Assembly (NCBI GenBank): GCA_903858755.1
Contig: CAIOKC010000019.1
Location: 1-41,339, forward strand
Length of the DNA: 41,339 bases
Direction: 5' to 3'
DNA from: an uncultured bacterium
GTDB lineage: Bacteria; Patescibacteriota; Minisyncoccia; Phycocordibacterales; UBA2100
A program made the position numbers and the translations under genes. The notes below the pieces were generated by a model. The model saw only the letters and a list, made by a program, of their open reading frames with translations, was not told where the DNA came from and ran no database searches. How positions within the stretch are numbered: position 1 is the first letter of the stretch; each line of letters begins with the position of its first letter. Below are positions 16,148 through 21,850 of this stretch, piece by piece.

Positions 16148-16720
16148 TTAGTCGACGACCGGCAACCCGCCGAAATCGCTCTTTTGGATCTCCGCGTAAT
16201 GTGTGTTTTTCATGAGCGCGGGCTTCCCTCCACGGTCGACGACATAGTATGCAAAGCCCTGCATCTTTTTCACCGGCTCGTAATCCGCATGTCCGGGCAT
16301 CGAAGCCGAATCTTGCGTCCCTTCGACAGGACTATCATCCACCATCACGAGCCACGTCGAACCGGTATTCACCATGAGGTGCCCGAATCCGGGTGGCATA
16401 TAGCTAGAGTCTCCCGCCTTGACGACGATTGCCTTAAATTCTTCGACAACGCCCGGATTCCCCATATCGACGAGCTTTTGCTGCAATACGACACCCTCGC
16501 CGTGGACAAACGTGTAGGTCTCGTCGAGGTTGCCGATGTGGTAGTGTCCGTAGGTCTTGATGTACTCGCCCCCCACGGTACCCGCCTCAAGGATGGTGAC
16601 GTTGCGCTTCGCTGAGCCGCCGCGGATCATGTAGTAGTGGACTTCCGGACCGGATGCGCTTGGATCCATAAGGACCTCCTGCATTTTCTCGTGCGCACGC
16701 GACGCGTATGGGACGAACAT
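16148..16720 (-). CDS. cupin-type (archaeal-type) glucose-6-phosphate isomerase
   Basis: TYGHYHIGNLDETYTFVHGEGVVLQQ and MPPGFGHLMVNTG correspond to the TKGHFH...E.Y and PPYWAHRTVN metal-binding motifs of Pyrococcus cPGI (from memory). 4 nt upstream of the ROK gene. Confidence 0.8.
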   Translation of the reverse strand: MFVPYASRAHEKMQEVLMDPSASGPEVHYYMIRGGSAKRNVTILEAGTVGGEYIKTYGHYHIGNLDETYTFVHGEGVVLQQKLVDMGNPGVVEEFKAIVVKAGDSSYMPPGFGHLMVNTGSTWLVMVDDSPVEGTQDSASMPGHADYEPVKKMQGFAYYVVDRGGKPALMKNTHYAEIQKSDFGGLPVVD

Positions 16721-16727
16721 GTCCTGT

Positions 16728-16736
16728 ATTGTAGCA
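16728..16736 (-). promoter_or_regulatory. extended -10 box TGcTACAAT, leaderless-type, for cPGI-ROK operon
   Basis: Minus strand reads TGCTACAAT ACAGGAC ATG(16720). Confidence 0.55.
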
Positions 16737-16740
16737 CCTA

Positions 16741-16749
16741 TGGTATTCT
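16741..16749 (+). promoter_or_regulatory. extended -10 box TGgTATTCT, leaderless-type, for HAD paralogue 2
   Basis: TGGTATTCT CCCTTC ATG(16756). Both divergent boxes fit in a 35-bp intergenic gap. Confidence 0.55.
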
Positions 16750-16755
16750 CCCTTC

Positions 16756-17508
16756 ATGCAATGCCCCAAGGCAGTCGTATTCGATCTAGACAACACTCTC
16801 GCAGATCCTCACTGCCCTGTCTCAGAGGAAATGGCGGCACGCCTTGAGCGAGTAATCGCGCACATGCCCGTGGCGGTCATGTCTGCGGCAAGCCTCGAGC
16901 GAATTGAGCAAGATGTGGTCGCCCGCCTTAGGAAAACCGATCTTGCCCGACTCTCCCTCTTTGCCGCGAACGCCGCGCAAGCATACACATACAGGGATGG
17001 CGCGTGGCACGCGCAATACCGCCACGGATTTACAGACCAAGATCGCCCCGTGATCAAAAGTGTTCTTGAGGAAGTCGCAAAAGAGCTGGGTATCCTCGAG
17101 CATCGCGCTCCCTATGGAGCGCAATTCATCGACTACGAAGGATACTTGGCATTTACCGCGCTTGGCATCGATGCTCCTGTCGAAGAAAGAAGAAGGTGGG
17201 ACCCAAACGGCGAGAAACGGAAGAAAATGCAATCACTCCTTCAAGAAAAACTCCCGGATGTAGATATTTTCATCGGCGGACTCACCACGATCGACATCAC
17301 ACCGAAAGGAATCAACAAATCGCACGGGGTCATGTGGTATGCACAGACCCTCGGTATTCTTCCGCAAGACATGCTCTACGTAGGCGACGCTCTGTACGAA
17401 GGCGGCAACGATGCGGCAGTACTCCCGACCGGGATTCAGACCCGCGCCACATCCGGTCCGAGCGAGACCCTCGCCATCATCGAAGACCTCCTCGCTGCGT
17501 GCTCATAG
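16756..17508 (+). CDS. HAD-IIB hydrolase, phosphomannomutase-like (paralogue 2)
   Basis: VVFDLDNTL, ITPKGINKSHG, YVGDALYEGGNDAAVL; same architecture as gene 6817. Confidence 0.8.
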   Translation: MQCPKAVVFDLDNTLADPHCPVSEEMAARLERVIAHMPVAVMSAASLERIEQDVVARLRKTDLARLSLFAANAAQAYTYRDGAWHAQYRHGFTDQDRPVIKSVLEEVAKELGILEHRAPYGAQFIDYEGYLAFTALGIDAPVEERRRWDPNGEKRKKMQSLLQEKLPDVDIFIGGLTTIDITPKGINKSHGVMWYAQTLGILPQDMLYVGDALYEGGNDAAVLPTGIQTRATSGPSETLAIIEDLLAACS

Positions 17509-17552
17509 ATCGCCTCCTCCGAAAAGGTCGGGGCACACTCCTGCACAGCTCA

Positions 17553-17590
17553 ACTTGTTTATAAATACCTATAGGCATCTATAAACAAGT
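17553..17590. repeat. AT-rich 38-bp palindrome, copy 1 (imperfect)
   Basis: ACTTGTTTATAAATACCTATAGGCATCTATAAACAAGT; 17 of 19 symmetric pairs match. The 34-bp core is 30/34 identical to the palindrome at 32421. Confidence 0.85.
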
Positions 17591-17671
17591 GCGACACATT
17601 GTACCGAGCGAGCATACACTCCGAGCAATCCACACTGCTGAGGGCGAGTGCGCGGGCATCTCGCAGCGACG

Positions 17672-17680
17672 TGCTATACA
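17672..17680 (+). promoter_or_regulatory. extended -10 box TGcTATACA, leaderless-type, for lipase gene
   Basis: TGCTATACA GGAATGC ATG(17688). Confidence 0.45.
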
Positions 17681-17687
17681 GGAATGC

Positions 17688-20291
17688 ATGAGGGATGGGC
17701 TTGCGCGTATCCCTGTGCGGCTTCTTGCCGGCGGTTTTTTGTCTGCCGCCCTGTTTCTTGCCTCGCCTGCTCACGCGAATGCATCTTCCCTCCTCTGGGG
17801 CGTCGAGGATGGGGAGCCCGCGCACATCGAGATAGTGGATGGCGGGACGTACCAAATCACCTTCGGGCAATCCGCGCCGATCTCTCTCGCCACTTCTTTC
17901 GGACCTTCTCCATTCGGCAATCTGTACCGCATCGTCGAGACAGAAGAAGGGGTCGTCCGCGAATTGCTGACCACCGTGTACCCTCACCGGGAGGGCGGGG
18001 ATGCGGAGTTTGCGTGGATCGAAGCCGGCTCATACGAGCTCGATATCCTGACTCCCGTCTTTCCTCCCCCGCCAGATCAGCAAGTATTCGATCGAGGCGC
18101 GCTCGGGCGTCTTGCGCTCACTCTCTTCGCTCGCACCGCGGAGGCAGCTATCATCCGCCCTCCCGAAGAAGAGCGCATTCGCGAGGTTATGCACTTCACG
18201 GTTGAAGAGACTTCGCAAGGATGCGCGGAGCAATGCTTTTCCAACGTCCTCTTTCTCCCCGGCATCGAATCAAGCCGCCTCTACCGCCCCGACTATAGCG
18301 GCGGGACGGAGAGGCTCTGGGAGCCGGGCAAGAATCAAGATGTCGAGGATCTTTTTCTGACATCCGACGGAGCAGGAATCCGCTCAGACGTGTATGCAAA
18401 AGAAGGCGACGTCGTGGATGAGCTGCCCATCGTGGGTAAAAATATCTACAAATCTTTCATCGCCGACATGAATGCGCTCAAATCGAGCGGGCACATCAGC
18501 GACTGGCAAGCGATCTCGTACGATTGGCGCTTGTCTCTAGACGACGTGCTTCGATACGGCAACGAGATCGATGGGCGCATCTACTATGCGGGAGATCTCC
18601 GCGCGACGAGCACGCCGTATATCATCCAAGAGGTCCGACGCCTCGCGGCGACCTCAAAAAGCGGGAGAGTGACCATCGTCGCCCATTCCAACGGCGGCTT
18701 GGTGGCAAAATACCTCACCGTCGTACTCGGAGACGAAGCGGATGACCTGATCGACAAAATGATATTCGTCGCGGTGCCACAGGTCGGGACGCCCATGGCG
18801 ATCGCAGCGGGATTGCACGGCTACGACCAAGAAAATGCCTTCGGCCTGATCACCTCCGAATCGACAGCGCGGTCTTTCGCAAGCACTTCGCCGATGTTTT
18901 ACCACCTACTTCCATCAGAAGCGTATCTCGATGCGGTGGACACCCCCGTCGTCTCGTTTGACGACGAACTACCCGATTGGGTGGATCGATACGGTGCGTC
19001 CGTATCCTCGCAATTATCGCTCGATCATTTTCTCACCGACGAATACGGCAGGATTGATTCTGCAGACGGAAATACCGACCAGCCCATCCGGCTTTCTCCC
19101 GATCTGCTTGCTGAGGCAAAAGCGATTCATGCAACCCTGGATTCGTGGCAGCAGCCTGCCGGGGTCGAGCTTATCCAGATCGCGGGATGGGGTGTGCCGA
19201 AGACGGTGAGCGGCGTAACGTATAAAAAGACAAGCAGTGGTGATGTCCAGCCAGAACCCGACTTCACCATTGATGGCGACGGGACGGTGGTGACTCCGAG
19301 TGCTTTGTGGACTAACAACTCAAGTAAAAAGAAGTACTGGTTAAATCTCCGCTCTTATAACACAGACCACCCTTTCCAAGTTTCCTTGGGTCTTAATCCA
19401 CTTAAACATTCAAATATCCTTGAAGCTTCTAACCTAATAGCGTTTATCGTTGACGTACTCAAAGAAGATCAGAAGGAAATAAGCGAGTACGGCTACTTCT
19501 CGACCGTAGCGCCTCCTGCAGGGACTAACCGACTCAGATTCTCTCTTCACTCCCCTCTCACTCTCGACATATACGACGATTTTGGCAACCACACGGGCGT
19601 CTCGACGACCACGGGGCAGATCGAGGAGCAAATTCCCGGGACCTACTACGTCCAATTCGGAGACATCAAGTACATTTTCACGGATACGGGAAATCCGCTG
19701 CATATCGTGATGACAGGCTACGACGCCGGGGCGTTCACTTTCCAAATAGGACAACTTCTCGGAGACAGCACGGTCGCCAGCACCACATTCAGCAACGTGC
19801 CGACTTCTCCAAGTACAATCGCGTACTTCAATGTGTCCTCCGATGTCACGACCTCCTCAAATCTTTTTGTCGATAGCGACGGCGACGGCGCTTTCGACTC
19901 GGCATACGCTTCTTCGACTGGTCAGTTGATCGTGGAAGAAGAATCGTCCTCGAGCGGCTCTTCTGATGCTCCTGCTGCCAATGGTCCAGTCGCGGGCTCG
20001 ATCGACGGTCAAGTGCTCGGCGCGTCGACCTCGGCGACCACTTCAGAAGCAGCGACGACCACAGCGATACCTGAATTCATGGATGTGGTAGCCATAAGCT
20101 CCTCATCTACCATCTCAGAAGCTATTTCCACCCCTCCACCAAAGAAAACGCCTCGAAAACCTAGCCCGTCAAAGGGTACTGATTTTCAAACAACTGTAGC
20201 AAGCTCGACTGGTGCAGCCCCTGCTCAACCCACAGAGCCTAACTTGTGGTCGCGCATGTTTCGCTGGATAATTAAGAAACTGAGTTTATGA
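17688..20291 (+). CDS. secreted LCAT/PGAP1-like alpha/beta-hydrolase (phospholipase/acyltransferase-like), multidomain
   Basis: Signal peptide MRDGLARIPVRLLAGGFLSAALFLASPAHA. Motifs: FLPGIESSRLY, ISYDWRLS (LCAT-family YDWR motif), VTIVAHSNGGLVAKY (GxSxG nucleophile elbow). C-terminal beta-rich domain and S/T/A/P low-complexity tail. Confidence 0.8.
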   Translation: MRDGLARIPVRLLAGGFLSAALFLASPAHANASSLLWGVEDGEPAHIEIVDGGTYQITFGQSAPISLATSFGPSPFGNLYRIVETEEGVVRELLTTVYPHREGGDAEFAWIEAGSYELDILTPVFPPPPDQQVFDRGALGRLALTLFARTAEAAIIRPPEEERIREVMHFTVEETSQGCAEQCFSNVLFLPGIESSRLYRPDYSGGTERLWEPGKNQDVEDLFLTSDGAGIRSDVYAKEGDVVDELPIVGKNIYKSFIADMNALKSSGHISDWQAISYDWRLSLDDVLRYGNEIDGRIYYAGDLRATSTPYIIQEVRRLAATSKSGRVTIVAHSNGGLVAKYLTVVLGDEADDLIDKMIFVAVPQVGTPMAIAAGLHGYDQENAFGLITSESTARSFASTSPMFYHLLPSEAYLDAVDTPVVSFDDELPDWVDRYGASVSSQLSLDHFLTDEYGRIDSADGNTDQPIRLSPDLLAEAKAIHATLDSWQQPAGVELIQIAGWGVPKTVSGVTYKKTSSGDVQPEPDFTIDGDGTVVTPSALWTNNSSKKKYWLNLRSYNTDHPFQVSLGLNPLKHSNILEASNLIAFIVDVLKEDQKEISEYGYFSTVAPPAGTNRLRFSLHSPLTLDIYDDFGNHTGVSTTTGQIEEQIPGTYYVQFGDIKYIFTDTGNPLHIVMTGYDAGAFTFQIGQLLGDSTVASTTFSNVPTSPSTIAYFNVSSDVTTSSNLFVDSDGDGAFDSAYASSTGQLIVEEESSSSGSSDAPAANGPVAGSIDGQVLGASTSATTSEAATTTAIPEFMDVVAISSSSTISEAISTPPPKKTPRKPSPSKGTDFQTTVASSTGAAPAQPTEPNLWSRMFRWIIKKLSL

Positions 20292-20689
20292 TCTCTAAAC
20301 AAATATCCGTTCTGCTTTCTGGAATTATTTCGTTTTTTTTGATTACCTCAAACTGGATCGGAACATACAAACTCTGCGGAGCAAAAGAATATGGAAATTG
20401 CATGGACTTTCTCTATTCATTGATGTTGACACTTTCACCAATCATCGTATTTTTCCTTTTTGCTCTTCTTACTTATCTCAACCGGGACAACACTTACCGT
20501 TCTTGGTTCAAATTCGCCCGATGGTGGATTCCACTCTCCATGATCGCCATTTTCTTAGCGCCGGAATACAGCAACGATTGGGTACTCCCCATCGAAAAAG
20601 GCGTCGTCGCACTCTTCGCTTGCGGAGCCTTTGCGATCATCAGCACACTTATTGTTCTGTACTCGTTGTTCTCGAAGAAAACTACTTGA
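20288..20689 (+). CDS. small 4-TM membrane protein, translationally coupled to lipase gene
   Basis: ATGA start/stop overlap at 20288-20291. Four hydrophobic helices, no recognisable family, low-GC DNA (41/120 G+C counted over 20281-20400). Confidence 0.6.
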   Translation: MISKQISVLLSGIISFFLITSNWIGTYKLCGAKEYGNCMDFLYSLMLTLSPIIVFFLFALLTYLNRDNTYRSWFKFARWWIPLSMIAIFLAPEYSNDWVLPIEKGVVALFACGAFAIISTLIVLYSLFSKKTT

Positions 20690-20698
20690 GACCCCCCT

Positions 20699-20732
20699 GT
20701 ACTTATTATGATCGACCGATCAAGATAAGTAC
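20699..20732. repeat. structured imperfect palindrome E1 (CGACCG-centred hairpin)
   Basis: GTACTTAT-TA-TGATCG-AC-CGATCA-AG-ATAAGTAC: 8-bp outer stem, T.G plus A.A, 6-bp inner stem, AC centre. Lies between convergent stops 20689 (+) and 20756 (-). Confidence 0.75.
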
Positions 20733-20755
20733 GTAGGGTGGAAAACAGCAACACA

Positions 20756-21799
20756 TCACATCCCGAGCATGGCGAGGACGGGTTCGGCGAAGAAGAGGTA
20801 GTCGGCAAGGACGAAGAAGATGCACATGGTGCCGAGGAGCGTCCCCGCGACCGCCGCATGGCGGCGATGATGCCAGCGCAGCTCAAGACCCGTCTCCATG
20901 GTAAGCGCGACGATAATCAGGAGACCGATGAAGTAGTAGGCGTACCGCATCGATTCGCGCGGGAACGCAAGCAGGTACGCCCACCATGGCGTGTCTTTTT
21001 CCACGTCTTCTGCGAGCACTGCCGCGACGGCGGGCTCGGTCGTCGTAATCGCGTGCGGCGCCGATTCTTCTCGCTCGCCCGCCTCTTGCGCCGTGCCGAG
21101 GACTTGCGATTCCGGCTCCGCGCGCGCAATCGCAGGCGCGGTCGGCTCTGCGGGCACCGCCGCGCGTATCGGCTGTTGGGATTTCGCGCTCGCGGGCTTG
21201 CCGAAGACCTGCACCACAAACGTGGTCGCCCTGCCCTGGTACACTCCTTGCGCGGTCGCGATACCGATCTCCGTGAATTTCCCGTTCAAGAGATTCTCGC
21301 GATGGGTCGGCGAATTCATCCACGCGCGCTCCACGTCCATCGAATCCGTGAAATCGACAGCGAGATTCTCTCCCGCGTAATCATACGCATACTCCTGCTG
21401 CTCAAACCAATGCCATGGATCCAATCCCTCGGGCGATGTGTGCGCGAAGTATCCTTTTGCCGCCATGTCGTTGGCTTTCGCCTGCGCGACGGCGACAAGC
21501 ACAGGATTGATCCGCACCATGTCGAGATTGTTGGAGACGCGATCGCCATTGGCGAGATCCACCAGCATGGAAGAGACCACCGCCGCGACCTGCGGCGACG
21601 AGAGCGCGAGTCGCTGCAGACTCGGCGCAAGAAAGACGAGGATGATAAGCCCCGCGAAAATGCCGATCGCAGTACCGCCCAGGAATTCGACGCGCCGCCG
21701 ATCCGACGCGCGTCGCGGCAGCCACGTAAAAGACTTCCCCGCTTTCTTTCCGGTGCGGATTGATTTCCTCACCTCCCTATTGTCGCATACCCTCCGCAC
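20756..21799 (-). CDS. CAP/SCP/PR1-like domain protein with N- and C-terminal TM segments
   Basis: AQAKANDMAAKGYFAHTSPEG, YAGENLA, ERAWMNSPTHRENLL, EIGIATA (YkwD/CAP signature). Only a GTG start (21799) is available, so the start is uncertain. Confidence 0.75.
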   Translation of the reverse strand: MRRVCDNREVRKSIRTGKKAGKSFTWLPRRASDRRRVEFLGGTAIGIFAGLIILVFLAPSLQRLALSSPQVAAVVSSMLVDLANGDRVSNNLDMVRINPVLVAVAQAKANDMAAKGYFAHTSPEGLDPWHWFEQQEYAYDYAGENLAVDFTDSMDVERAWMNSPTHRENLLNGKFTEIGIATAQGVYQGRATTFVVQVFGKPASAKSQQPIRAAVPAEPTAPAIARAEPESQVLGTAQEAGEREESAPHAITTTEPAVAAVLAEDVEKDTPWWAYLLAFPRESMRYAYYFIGLLIIVALTMETGLELRWHHRRHAAVAGTLLGTMCIFFVLADYLFFAEPVLAMLGM

Positions 21800-21800
21800 G

Positions 21801-21829
21801 ACAAACCCCGTCCTGTGGACGGGGTTTGT
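21801..21829. terminator. GC-rich hairpin between HYR gene stop and CAP gene start
   Basis: ACAAACCCCGTCC TGT GGACGGGGTTTGT 13-bp stem. The T-tract (ACTTTTCT) is on the + strand only; on the coding (minus) strand the stem has no U-tail and ends 2 nt before GTG 21799. Confidence 0.45.
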
Positions 21830-21850
21830 ACTTTTCTGCGCTTCCGAGAT

